Of a stretch of 64,000 nucleotides of DNA, positions 27,923 through 41,149 are shown one piece after another (within the stretch, counting starts at the first letter, position 1; each line of letters opens with the position of its first letter). The position numbers and the translations under genes were made by a program. The notes beneath the pieces were generated by a model. That model made no database searches, was not told the origin of the DNA, and worked only from the letters and a program-made list of their open reading frames with translations. Origin of the DNA: Octopus sinensis (taxonomy: Eukaryota); NCBI RefSeq assembly GCF_006345805.1, contig NC_043002.1, positions 75,702,001 through 75,766,000 on the forward strand, given 5' to 3'.

Positions 27923-28270
27923 AGGCTGAGGCATGGCTGTGTGGTTAAGAAGCTCACTTTGCAAGTGTGTGGTTTTGGGTTCAGTCCCACTGTGTGGTAC
28001 CTTGGACGAGTGTCTTCTACAGCTGCAGGCCACCCAATGCCTTGTGCATGAATTTAGTAGATGGAAACTGTGTGGAAGCCCATCATGTGTGTTTACTTTC
28101 CCATAACTTAGCTGTTTGGCAAAAGGGACCAGCTGAATAAGCCTCAGACTTTAACAAAAAATAAAAAGAGATGTAAGTCTGAGGTCATTCTGTTTGACTA
28201 AAAATCCTTCCAGATGGTGCTCCGGCATGGTCACAGGCCAATGACTGAAACAAGTAAAAGAAAAATAAAG
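27923..28270 (+). mobile_element. Family B SINE
   Basis: ggcatggctgtgtggttaag..gggttcagtcccactg...gactgaaacaagtaaaaga. Confidence 0.8.
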
Positions 28271-28456
28271 ACAATAGAAAAATACAGATGAAACACTGCA
28301 TGTACTCAGTGTATACAGAGAACTTGCTTCACAGCCACATGTTTCAGGTTCGATCCCACAGCACAGCAAGACATGTTGGATGTCTTCTATTAGAGCTTCA
28401 GGCTGACCAGTGCCTTGAAAGTAAAAATCACTTGATAGAAACTGTATGAATGTAAA

Positions 28457-28687
28457 GGCGGTGAGCTGGCAGAAATGTTAGCACGCCAGGCGAAATGCTT
28501 AGCGGTGTTTCGTCTTCCGCTATGTTCTGAGTTTAAATTCCGCCGAGGTCGACTTTGCCTTTCATCCTTTCAGGGTCGATAAATTAAGTACCAGTTACAC
28601 ACTGGGGTTGATATAATCGACTTAATCCATTTGTCTGTCCTTGTTTGTCCCCTCTGTGTCTAGCCCCTTGTGGGCAGTAAATAAATA
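28457..28687 (+). mobile_element. Young tRNA-headed SINE (family A) with 14-bp TSD, nested in an older family B SINE
   Basis: A-box-like GGCAGAAATGTTAGC and B-box-like GAGTTTAAATTCC; AGAAACTGTATGAA at 28437-50 and 28688-701; family B sequence on both sides (about 28320-28790). Confidence 0.85.
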
Positions 28688-29666
28688 AGAAACTGTATGA
28701 ACATTTGTGTGTGTCTATGTGTGTGGTTTTGTCTCTATATGTCTATCATTCATTCTGCCTCGACACCAGTAATGTTTATGTCCCATATTAACAATGTGTT
28801 CGACAGTACCAATTTGCTATGCAATAATCAGTGAAATTAAGTATTATTTGTGAAAATAATCTAGGGTTAAAGCTGCTAAGCCATAAAATATTGCCCCAAG
28901 AAGCCTCTCCACCATGTCATTAATGGTTGTGAGAAAAAAAAAAGGATGATGTTTGTGTGTGTCAGTTTATTGTCCACATTTCTATACTTGCATGGTTCGG
29001 ATGGACTTTATTGAGGCATATTTTCTATAACTGGGTGCTTTTCCTATCACCAACTCTCAGTTGTTTCTAAGTAAGGTAATGTTTCCCCATGGTTAGACAT
29101 TTTTTGCATTCCAATATTGGAATGAATAACACTGCTTGTATGACAGTGACACTCATTTACAACTGTTGTGCGAGAAGACACAGACAGATGCATACTCCCA
29201 TTCCAGCACACACAGTAAAATACTCACATACACGCACACACACACGCATGCATATATGATGAAAGTAGCATTAACTCTCTACTCTAGGCTGTTCAATTTT
29301 TCTCAACCAATCAATAGGCCAGCTGTGTAAACCTATCAATAACAAACCCATAATGTCTACTGGAAACAGCTGTAAGTCAAACTTTACCACTATAAAGAAA
29401 TATGTAACGACCATTATTTATATCTTGTCTTTTATATATATATATATATTATTGTTTGAACAGATTGGCTGATGGCTTTTGTCCTCATGATAGCCATCTA
29501 CTCAGACTTTGCTGCATTGAGAAACTGACCAGCCGTGGCTACTGCATTCTCAAGGGATGTTGTAAAGTCTTGCACATTATGCAGTCAGTGAGCTGTAAGA
29601 GCAAAAACCATCAGCATAATGGAAGCCAGAGAAGATGCAGGCTCTATTGGCATTTTCATACAGACT

Positions 29667-29705
<39 letters not shown>

Positions 29706-30770
29706 CCCCTCCATTACTCATTTCTCACTTATTTCTACTCTCACTGTATTATATTGACAGTGTGACTAAAGATGCAAGCAAATCTCTACCACTCACTGCA
29801 ACATGCTCCTAGTGTAATTAGGGCTAGCACTGGACACATCTGACCTTTTCATCTGATCCTTAACACCCTAGCTCTTTCGTCCGTCTCAGTGGGCATTGGC
29901 ATATGTACAAGGGATTACATCAGAACTTGATATACTCCATTCATCCTTGCTCCTGCCACCTCCACTTGGTATTAGTAGCCTTCAGTCACTCTTAAAATTC
30001 ATCCACCACTATTATTATCCTTCATTTATCCACCCCCTGTTTTTTTTCTCCCATCATTGCAATCGTTCTGTTTCTTCTGATGTATTCCCATCTTGTTCCT
30101 TTCTTCTAGCCATCCTGCTTCTTCTGTCATCACTGTGTTTTACATTCACCTCCTCAGCTATGCAATCCTGTGTGTGTGTGTTGTTTTGAGTATGCTATGG
30201 AGGGGTTAGGACTCTTTCGTCCTTCAGGAAGGTGATGGGTGTTAGAAAGCTACTTCACCAGTTGATGCTACAATAGATCCACCTAGGACATTCTGTAAAC
30301 TGTTTCATGAGTGGAAAGAGATATAGGGTTGAGAGAACTCTTTAGTCTTGTTAGAAACGACATCTCTGTTAGTGCCACTATGATTAAATGCACTCAGTAG
30401 ACTGTGGCAGGCATTGGTGATAGGAAGAACATCCAGCTATAGAAACCAATAAAAAAAATAAGAAGATGAAATGTTTGAACAAGATATGGCCCTCTGACCT
30501 GTCTAGGAGTAAATCCATGTAAGAACTAACTCAGACATTGATGATCCATCAAACCCATGCTGGCAGAGAAAGAGGATGTAAAGCAATAAATGTGATGTCT
30601 GTGCGTATACATACATACATATATATATACATTTATATATGTATATATGCATACATATACATACATACATATGTAAAATATGCTCTAGTATGTATGTATG
30701 TGCACATGTTTGCATATGTGTGTGTGTGCCTACAAATACATATACATGCACAGCTATGTGTGTGTGTGCA

Positions 30771-30821
<51 letters not shown>

Positions 30822-32511
30822 ATACATACACACACACACACACACTTTATCTATATAAATGGTTGTCTGAACCATTCTCTCATTTGTTTTTCAACAGATG
30901 CCATTGTCATAAACTGCATTGAATACTCTGTAATTGGCTTCAGTTATCTGATACCTCTCACTACCCCTCTTTACACCTCTCTCTATTTTCCTCTATCTAC
31001 ATTTGTGCTTCTGACTCTTCTCTTTTTTTTCCTTATATATATTTTCACAGGGTGCACACCCCACTCTCTCATTCTCTACATGTCCTCTCTTCCTCTCTTT
31101 CTGCACATGTGCAGACACACAGACAGACACACTGTTGCGCACAAATTCCTTCTCGTATTTTTGGTTCCTCTGCCATCTCTGTACCTTTGTTTTGCATTTG
31201 CATCCTTATATCTTCTCTTTCCAATTAAACACACACACACACACACTGACACATACACACACACACATTCATGCACACACTAACACACACACACACACAC
31301 ACATTCATACATACATTCTCATATATGCACTCACATTCACACACACACATGTGTACATACACACCCTGTCTCTCATTTAACACCCCTGTGCATTGTCTTT
31401 CACACTCATATTTTGCTATCTCCTACCTTCTCTCTCCACCCACCCCCCACTTCCATCACTACATTTACATATTCATCATCATCACCACCACAACCATCAT
31501 CATCACTACTATTGCTACAACCACTGCCATCTGCCATCTTTGCAAATATCCTCATCGCATCCACCCTTTCTTCACCCTTAAACTATGATCATCAGTCTAT
31601 GATTTATGATTGAATATAAAATTAATCTCTGAAGACAACACACATAACATGCACACACATAACACGCACACACATAACACACACACTGACACACGCTCAC
31701 ACACACCTCTTCCAATTTTCCTCGTATGCAGACACATCTATGTGTGTGTGTATATATATATATATGTGTGTGTATGTGTGTGTGTACACATTTTTTCTTT
31801 TCTTTCTGTTTGTTTCACTCTCCCTCCCTTATCTCTTTCTCTGTCCGTCTGTCTGTCTCTCTCTCTCTCTCTCTCTGCCCACTTTGACACATTATCTCTG
31901 CAAATACTATGTTAAAAATCCATAGAGAGAGAGAGAACAGGAATGAGTGAGTGAAAGGAGAGAGAGAGAGAGAGAGAGAGAGACAAAGACAGAGACAGAG
32001 AGCAAGAACGTGGGTGAGGTATATGCTCTCCCCCTCTTTTTTTCCCCCCTTTTTCTTATCCCACCAGAGAGATAAGATGGTTCCTCTTATTTTTGCTCAT
32101 ATTTATCATATTTTTTTCTTTTTCTTCTGCATTTTGTATTGTTTTACTTCATGAGACTGTTTCTTGCTGGTTGGTGGTGGTCATGGCAGAGAGAGACCTG
32201 TTCCTGTAACTTGTTTTTGTTTGTTTTTGTTCTCCTTTGGGGGGGGGGGGCTTTATGGAATATGTCATTGTTGTTGTTGCAGTTATCGTTGTAGTGTTTG
32301 TTATTGTTGCTTGCTCGGTTTACTTTTGTTGTTGTCACTGATATTCCTGCTTGTTGTTGCAATTATTGTTTTCATCCTTGATGTTGCTGTTGCTGTTGTT
32401 GTTTGGTTTGTTGTCATTGTTGGCATCAAGCATTGTTGCTTGTGTTATTGTTGTTGTTATTATTATCCTTATTGTTTCTCCGGCTTGTCACTGATATTGT
32501 TGGGCGTTGTA

Positions 32512-32549
<38 letters not shown>

Positions 32550-34069
32550 CATTATTATTATTATTATTATCATTGAATGTTGTTGTTGCAGTTGTTGCCA
32601 TCACTGATGATGTTCTTGCTGCTGCTGCTGTTCGTTTGTTTAATTGTCACTGTTGTTGTTGTTGTTGTTGATAATGCCATTCTTAGTGATGTTGGTCGAT
32701 GTTGTTGTTTTTATTGTCATTTGCGGTTTGTTACTGTCTACACTGGCATTTGTATTGTTGTTGTTGTTGTCAGTATTGTTGTTATTTGATGTCATCCTTA
32801 GTAGTTAGTTGATGTTGTTGTCAGTTGTCTAACACACTAAAATGATAATGTTAATAATAATAATAATAACAATAATAATAATGATAATAATAACAACAAC
32901 AACAACAACAACAACAACAATACTGAAACCATATATAAAAAGAAAACAAGAAAAAAAAAAGGAATCAAAACACCAAAAAAAAAAAAAGACATGCTAAAAT
33001 AACTGTACATGTTCTAAATTGGAAATAATTGTTGTTGCTGATGAGCTTCCCTTGCATGGTGCGAAAGTTGTTAGCGCCACTGCAGCCTTGCATCTGCCTT
33101 TGACGTCAGCGCAACTTTACAAATTAATAATAATGTTATTTGCGGCGCGCATCAAAGGACTGCAATTAATTTATAAAGCTGAAAATCCTTTTGTTAAATG
33201 CCTTTTTGTTGTTATTGCTGTCATTGTTGCTGCTGTTGGTGCTGCTGTTGGTGCTGCTGCTGTTGTTGTTGTTGTTGTTTGTTTTATAGCAGTTTTCTTT
33301 TTGTATTGTTTTATTGTTTCTTTTTTCATATTTTTCTCTTGTTTGTTTCATTAGCATCTCTTCTTGTTTTTGATCCACCCTCACTATTTCTTTCTCTCCC
33401 CTCTCTCTCTCTCCTTCTCCCCTCTCTCTTTCCCTTTCACCTCTCTTTCTCCTTCCTCTCCTTTCACCCCACTTCCTCACCCTGTATCTTGCTCTTTTAC
33501 CATATTTTGTCGGTTGTTGTTTTTTTGGCTATTAATTCTTTCATCATCATCATCATCAGTATCATTATCATCATTCTCATCTTCATCGTCACCACCATCA
33601 TCATCGTCGTCATCATCATCATCATCATCATCACCATCATTGTAATTTATTGTTTGTTATCATTATTATTAAAGTGGTCTGTTGGCAAAAAATAGTGCCA
33701 GACTCTGAAATGCCTTGCAGTATTCAACATCTTCCTTCCTGCATTATGAGTTCAAACCTCACCAGAATTCATTTTTATTTTTCACCCTTCCAGAACTTAT
33801 TAGGGGTCTTCTTACATGTTTGCATGACCTACCAGAAATAGTAACCAATTTTTCATTTTAACATTTATCCTACAGTCTTTAAAAAAAAAAATATTAGTGT
33901 TGGCTACATTTGATAATGTAGTCTTAGATACACTATACCCCCAAAACTAAAAGATTATGGTTTGAGTCAAAGCTGAAACAGTTTTGGTCATGGGTCTGCT
34001 TCGGCTCAACTGACCCAGGGCTAAATAGCAACGGCAATAAAGTGTATTGGCATTGATACTAATTAGTTA

Positions 34070-34900
34070 TGTTAGGGCAGCAAACTGGTGGAATCATTGG
34101 AACATTGGAAAAAGTTCTAGGCAGCATTTGCTTTAACTCTTTACATCATAAGTTCAAATCCCACCTAGGTCCACTTTGCCTTTCATCATTTCTGGGTCAA
34201 TAAAATAATGTACCAGTTAAGTACTAGGGTCAATGTAATCAACAAATTGTCACCCCTTCTCTTCTCAAATTTGCTGGGCCTTGAGACTAAATTTGGAGCA
34301 GCTGATTAAGCTAATGACTGATATCCCTCTCAAACTAATTTGTGGCATTGTGCGAGTATTGGAAATTGTCGTCATCATTGGTATGATGAGTGAATGGCTG
34401 AATCATTAGAGAGTAGGATAGAATAGATACCCTCCAGTGTGTATTCTAGCTACCTGCATTCTGAGTTCAAATCCTGCTGAGGTCAACTTTACTTTCCTTA
34501 ATTCCAGGGTTGTTAATAAACCAGTCAAGTACAGGAATTGAATCATATCTCTCTCTGTCTCTTTCTCTCTCTTCTTTCATTCCTCAGACAACTATTTTGG
34601 TCATTGAAGGCCAACGTAGTTCCTCCTTTCTCTTTTGAATGAGGGATCAGTAGCCACTTCTCATAGAAAAACTGATATGCTACTGGTACCACCCCAGAAC
34701 ATACTGGTGTGCATTACTACACAGAGTGGAAATAAAACCAATGAATAGATATTCTGAGTTCAAATTCTGCTGGGGGTCATCTTAGCTTCTTCATACTTTC
34801 TTGGGGTTGATAAAATAATTATCACACCTCAAGTCTACTCAAATACTAGGTTTGGCTTAAATTTACTAAACCTCCCCACCTCCTCTGAAATGTGTAGATT
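34070..34900 (+). mobile_element. Three decayed family A SINEs
   Basis: Recurrent (ttctg)agttcaaat.. and gataaaata..taccag motifs near 34150, 34460 and 34750. Confidence 0.6.
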
Positions 34901-35751
34901 TGTACTTAAGAAGTATTTTTGTTGGCCATGTATGAGTGTAGACATGATTGTGTGATTAAGGAGTTTGCTTTGCAGTCATGTGCATCCCGGTTCAATCTGC
35001 TTCATGGCAGCTTATTTTAGTGTTATTTACTACAGCCTCAGATCAACTTAAGCTTTATGCATAAAATTAGGTAGACAGGTGTCTGTTGAAACTCATCATG
35101 CTCTGTGTGTTCTTGGTTGGTGGGCTTACATCAATCCAGCCGAGTTTAATACTGCTTCATTGTCCGTGTGTTTGCCTGAAGTGAAATCTAATTGACTGCA
35201 AATATTCCAGTTAGGTGTCTGGCCTGAGGGTAACTAACTCTGCTTCCTATATCAACAGCCCATGAATCATGGCTTCTTACTATATTTCCAACCTGCCCTG
35301 GAGGCTTTGAAAAAGCGCATGGATGCTGGCCTTTTATCACCTGACTTACATCATAAGAACATTTTAATGATGGTCTGTGCCATGAAAGCCAGACCTAGAT
35401 TCAGTTATGATTCCCAATTGGTAATATTTCACTTGTATTATTAGTGCCATTGTGACAGGTAATGTTTATACACATGCATACATACATGCACATACACCCA
35501 CACACACATATATACATACTCGGTCACATACACTCACTCACTCACTCATTCACTCACTTACACACTCGCTCACTCTCTTTCTCTCACATACACTTAGACA
35601 GTGCATGGCATGCTCTACAAGACTGTCCAATTACTGTACAATCTGAGTACAAAATTTCTCAAAACTCTCATATAAATCCTATATTCATTAAATGGTACTT
35701 ACCTCTTGCTAGGTAGATCACTTTTGATTGTTTTGTTAATCCTATGGTACA

Positions 35752-35790
<39 letters not shown>

Positions 35791-35979
35791 TATCAAACAG
35801 TGAAAGTCAGTGTTCTACACCACACTGGTGGATAAATGATAAAAATAATAAAAATTTGTGAGTTAACAAGGCTACCATTGGTTTCATGTAAAGAGAGATC
35901 TCTTAACAATTTTCAAACCTGCCACATGAGAACATTGGTACTCATATCCATTTTAGCTGAAAATATATATATATATATA

Positions 35980-36761
35980 TCATCATCATCATCATCATTT
36001 AACGTCCGCTTTCCATGCTAACATGGGTTGGACGATTTGACTGAGAACTGGCGAACCAGATGGCTGCACCAGGCTCCAAGCTGATCTGGCAGAGTTTCTA
36101 TAGCTAGATGCCCTTTCTAATGCCAACCACTCCGAGAGTGTAGTGGGTGCTTTTATATGCCACTGGCATGAGGGCTAGTCAAGCAGTACTGGCAACAGCC
36201 ATGCTCAAATGGTGTTTTTTTACGTGCCACCTGCACAGGAGCCAGTCCAGCGACACTGGCAACAACATCGCTCGAATGTTTTTTACGTGCCACCAGTACA
36301 GCAACGCTGGTAACGATCATGCTCGAATGGTGCTTTTTATGTGCCATCAGCACGGAAGCCAGTTAGCTGCTCTGGCAACGATCACACTCGGATGGTGCTC
36401 TTAGCGCTCCACTAGCACAGATACCAGTCATCGAATTTGATTTCGATTTCGTTTTCACTTGCCTCAACAGGTCTTCACAAGCAGAGTTTAGTGTCCAATG
36501 AAGGAAAGGTATGCATAAGTGGGCTGGTTACACCTTTGGCATAGGCCACAAGGTTATGGTCTCATTTGGCTTGCCGAGTCTTCTCAAGCACAGCATATTT
36601 CCAAAGGTCTCCGTCACTAGTCATTGCCTCGGTGAGGCCTAATGTGCGATGGTCTTGCTTCACCACTTCACCACTTCATCCCAGGTCTACCTGGGTCTAG
36701 CTCTTCCACCGGTTCCTTCAACTGCTAGGGTGTGGCACTTATTCACACAGGTATTCTCATC
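35980..36761 (-). mobile_element. RTE-clade LINE 3' end (ORF C-terminus, repeat-containing 3' UTR, (GAT)n tail)
   Basis: Minus strand reads DENTCVNKCHTLAVEGTGGRARPR*TWDEVVK...LGLTEAMTSDGDLWKYAVLEKTRQAK*, typical of the RTE GRPxKTW C-terminus. Confidence 0.8.
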
Positions 36762-36768
36762 TATTATA

Positions 36769-36807
<39 letters not shown>

Positions 36808-36808
<1 letters not shown>

Positions 36809-36955
36809 CATTATCATCATTTAACATCCATGTCTCATGTTGGCATTGGTTGGATGGTTTGACATGATTCAATGGATCCAGGGGCTGCACCATGCTTCAA
36901 CGTTTGCTTTGGCATGGTTTCTACAGCCAGATGCCCTTCCTAAAGCCCACCACTA
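36808..36955 (-). mobile_element. RTE-type 3' tail fragment
   Basis: catcatttaacatcc..ggttggatgg..gatgcccttcct motif. Confidence 0.6.
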
Positions 36956-39242
36956 TATATATATATAGAATATAATATGATATAATATAATATAATATAT
37001 ATATATATATATTATATATATATATATATATGTAAATCTTGAATGATGGAAGTTACATCCACCGCATTGGTGGATATAATTTCTTTATTTGTACATTAAG
37101 GCTCCCATTGGTTTCATGTTAAGGAAAGTAGTAAAATATCCTGGTGTCTTAACAATTTTTCAAGCCGACTACATGGAGAAAGGTGATCGCCTCCATTTAG
37201 GTAAACACATATATATGCATGTGTTGTGAGATGCCATAACATCTCAGCACCCACTCATGTCTCACCTTGTTATCCATTCTCTGGTTGTTGGGTCAAATAT
37301 AATAAATAACTTTGTAATACACAAAGTCAGCCACCGGCTCTTCAGGCTCTTCGCTCAGGCTTGCACATTCTTTTAGGGAGGAGGAGGAGGAGGAGGAGCT
37401 TGCTTGCTACTTAATCTAAACAAAATCATTATCGTTGTAAGGATCATTTTCTTAAGTATGTGTCGCAACGGTATATCCGATTATCTCCCTCTGCAATGCT
37501 GCCACCGACACCATCTCTGCCGTCATCATCATCATCAGCAGCAGCAGCTCAGTTATAGTAATTTCTAAATTATAACAACATCAACATAATCATCATCATC
37601 ATCCTCATCATCATCAAAATCCCTTATTATTTCTGAATTACGATAATAATCATAGAACATCTTCACCACCACCAGCTACAATATCATCATCATCATCATC
37701 ATTATTATCATCATCGTCTTCATTATTATTTCTAAATCACAGGAATTGTCATTAACCCCCCCTCCTCATCCTTATCCCTGTTTGTCGCTACAGCCACAGC
37801 CGCCACCATCACCACTACAACCACTGCCGTCTCCACCACCACCACCACTACACTCTTAGAAATCATCTACAATTACAATTATTTCCAAATCATAACAATC
37901 CTCATCACCATCACCATCACCACAGCCTCTACCTCCACCAATATCATCATCATCATTTACAAATTACGACAATGCTAAACCGCTACTACCACCACTACCG
38001 CCACCATCACCCCAATTATCATCATCATCATCCTCATCATCATCGTCAGTTGCCATTATTTACAAATTATACCATTCTTACCATCACCATCTTAATCATC
38101 ACCACCGCCACCTTCACCACCACCACCACTACCACCACCATGGTTACTTTTACTTAAAAATCAAGACAATCTCAGCTCTATATTTCTCCCCCCCCCCTGC
38201 ACCTCCACCCTTCACCTTCACATGCTGTTTTCTGATTTCTGTTTATTACTTTTATTCAATACTGTTTTCTCTCATTCTGTCTTTCCTCTCTTTCTCTCTT
38301 TCTGACTGTCTCTTTCTCTCCTCCTCCGGTCTCTTCTTTTTACTCTATCTGTTTCTCTCTCTCTCTTTCATTCACTCTCTCTTTCCCTCTCTCCCCCCTT
38401 TCTGTCTGTCACTTTCCCATTCGCTTTCTTTTCCCTCTTCCTCTCCCTCTTTCTACCCTCTCACTCTCTCTCTTTCACCCTCTCTCTTTTTCTCTCTCAT
38501 TTTTGTTTTGTTTTGGTGTTGGCCAGCATTTGTCATCACCATCATCATCATCATCAACTACATCATCATTGACATTCTTATCATCATCATCATCATCATA
38601 GCTTTTACTCTTTTAAATCACTGCCTCCTCATCATTATGGCTGCCACCAGTGCTACCATGACCACAATGATAATGATGACAATAATAATACTGATTATCA
38701 TCATCATCATCATCATCATCATTATTCACTATCATCGTCATCATCATCATCATCATCACCACCACCCACACCATAATAATCATAATTATTATCATTATTT
38801 CCAAATCATAACACTCCTTCATCATATTATGTAAAAACCTGGGGAATGGTGTTGAGGGGGTTGGAGGAGGGAGGAGATCGGCGGTGGGACGGGTGGTGGT
38901 GGTGGTGGTGGTGGTAGTAGTGGTGGTTGACGTTAGTGGCGGGGTGGGTGGGGAGTGATGTAGGAAATGTCATTGCAGCAGCGTCATAGGCGAGGATGTG
39001 AAGCAGGGCGGGGTGGGGTGGGCGTCGGGCTGGATTTGATGTTAGTGGGGTGTCGGTGGTGCGGGTTATGCAAAAATAAATACATTTAAAATGAATTAGT
39101 GTAATTGAAACAGTGACAACAGCAACAACAAAAAACACTGTATCCATGTAAACAACAATAACAACAACAACAACAGCAACCACCGTAACAGCTGCGTTTG
39201 AAACTTCAGAATATTTTTACCAGTGAAATGAAAAATAACAGG

Positions 39243-39255
39243 AATAATAATAATC

Positions 39256-39292
<37 letters not shown>

Positions 39293-39393
39293 TAATAATA
39301 ACAATAATAATAATGATAATAATAATGATAATAATAATAATAATGATAATAATAATACTAATAATAATAATGATAATAATAATAATAATAATA
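39243..39393. repeat. (AAT)n microsatellite; many further (AAT)/(ATT)/(CAT)/(CAC) arrays throughout
   Basis: Direct inspection. Confidence 0.95.
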
Positions 39394-39543
39394 AAAAACA
39401 AAAAACAAACTAATAGACTGTGCTAGATTAGAACTAGTTACCCCTAGGATAGAAATGTGGTTTTTCTATGGCAGTGACTTGGTTCTCTAGCTTGTTTTAC
39501 TTTTAAGTTTTTTTTCGTTTCTTTCATTTTGTTGTTTCATCCA

Positions 39544-39611
39544 CCCCCCTCGTCTTTTTTTCCCCCTTTGCCTCCCCCCTCGTCTTTTTTTCCCCCTTTG
39601 CCTCCCCCCTC
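39544..39611. repeat. Exact 30-bp tandem repeat, about 2.3 copies
   Basis: cccccctcgtctttttttccccctttgcct repeated. Confidence 0.9.
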
Positions 39612-39669
39612 TTTCTCTCCCTCTGTCACTTTGCTGTCATTCTCATTTAACATTCTTTAAACTTTAGCT

Positions 39670-40160
39670 CTCTTTCTCTCTCTCTCTCTCTCTCTTCTTT
39701 GACAGTTTTTCCTTTCTTTTCATTCATTCAATACCATTTGATCTCTCTCACTCTTTCTGTCTCTCCTACCTCCCCCTCTCACCGTCTTCTCCCTCTCTCA
39801 TTCTCTCTCCTTCTCTCCCTCCTTCCTCCCTCTTCACTACCTCTCCTTCCCACACTCTCTATCTCTTCTCTCTTTCCATCTCCTTCCTCCCTCTGTCACT
39901 ATCACCCTCTCCCATGCTCTCTATCTCTCCTCTCACTATCTCTCCTCCCTTTTTCTATCATTCTCTCTCTGTCTCTCTTCCCCATCCATCTCTCCTTCCT
40001 CTCTCACTATCTCTCCTTCCCACGTTCTCTCTCTCTCTCCTTCCCTCTCACTATCTCTCCTTCCTCCTCTAGCCCTACCCCTCCTTTTCCCTCTGGCTCC
40101 ACCTTTTCTCTCTCCATCCTCTCTTTCCTTTATCTTTTTTCTCATTCTCTCTCTCTCTCT
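39670..40160 (+). repeat. CT-rich polypyrimidine low-complexity tract, about 490 bp
   Basis: Direct inspection; a similar tract lies at about 38270-38500. Confidence 0.9.
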
Positions 40161-40303
40161 CTCTCATTTTTTTTTCTTGTATAACTTTTTTCTTGGCGTC
40201 TACCTTGTTTTTCTTTGTTTATTTTTTTTTCCCTCTTTAACAAACTTGCCTTTTTTTCATCACCTCTCCCCATTCCTTTTTCTATTTAATAATATATATA
40301 TGT

Positions 40304-40354
<51 letters not shown>

Positions 40355-41149
40355 ATATAATCTACTTTCCCTCTTTCCACATCTAACACACTTCCCCACT
40401 CCCTTACTTTTAAAATCCATTTCCTTTCTTTCTTTCTTGTTTCCCTTCCATGTCTTGTCTCATTCCATGTCTTTCACTGCCAATAATCTAATTTACTAGG
40501 CCAGAGTTATTACTTGCCATTCCCAATGCAAATTCTATTCATGGGTTGGAAAAACTGAGAAATTTCTTTCCTTTTTTTTCCCCATTTTTTCCCATTTTTT
40601 TCTTTTTTCTTTGCATTATAAATTTCTCACTAGAACAATGGAGTTCTTCGCTTTAGGTTCAATCCTCATAAAACGCGTTGTTGTTGTTATTATTATTATT
40701 ATTATTTGATTTGGTCTTTCTTAATTTTATCAATTTACATATATTTTTACTTCTTGTTTAGTTTTTCTTAATTTTTTTTATATATTTTTCCTTCCCGCCT
40801 GATTTCTTTCCCCCCCCCCCCCCGTTCATTTTCCGTCATCATTTCTCAATGCAAGAATTTAGCATTGAAGAGTTTTTAATTCTGTTTGTTTAACTTGCAG
40901 CCTTATTGAGGAAAAAATAAATAAATAAATGCTTAAATAAATAAATAAAGTTGCTAAAGCATGAAGCATCAACTTACATTCATACATATGTATTGGCAGA
41001 CAGACTTGCAGGCTGATGCACACTTGTGCATGCATGCAAGCATGTGCATACAACCATTGTATATCAGTATTTCCTAACACTGATTGAATAGTGCTGCAAA
41101 TTCTAATATTTTCAATAATTTTTTGTTTTCTGTGAATGAATGAATGAAT

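Noticed and set aside
28457-28545. tRNA gene
   Set aside because: A/B-box-like head continues into a SINE body repeated many times; no complete cloverleaf. The same applies to the other SINE heads.
30875-30915. Strong-looking acceptor tttttcaacAG followed by ATG
   Set aside because: Stop after 4 codons in the SMG5 phase and no convincing donor downstream; treated as a cryptic site.
33038-33075. CTGATGA...GAAA hammerhead-like core
   Set aside because: Stem II has only 2 firm pairs and no stem I can form after any NUH; likely chance.
36150-36430. CRISPR-like array of palindromic repeats
   Set aside because: Whole units are homologous (no unique spacers), it lies in an RTE 3' UTR in eukaryotic DNA, and there are no cas genes.
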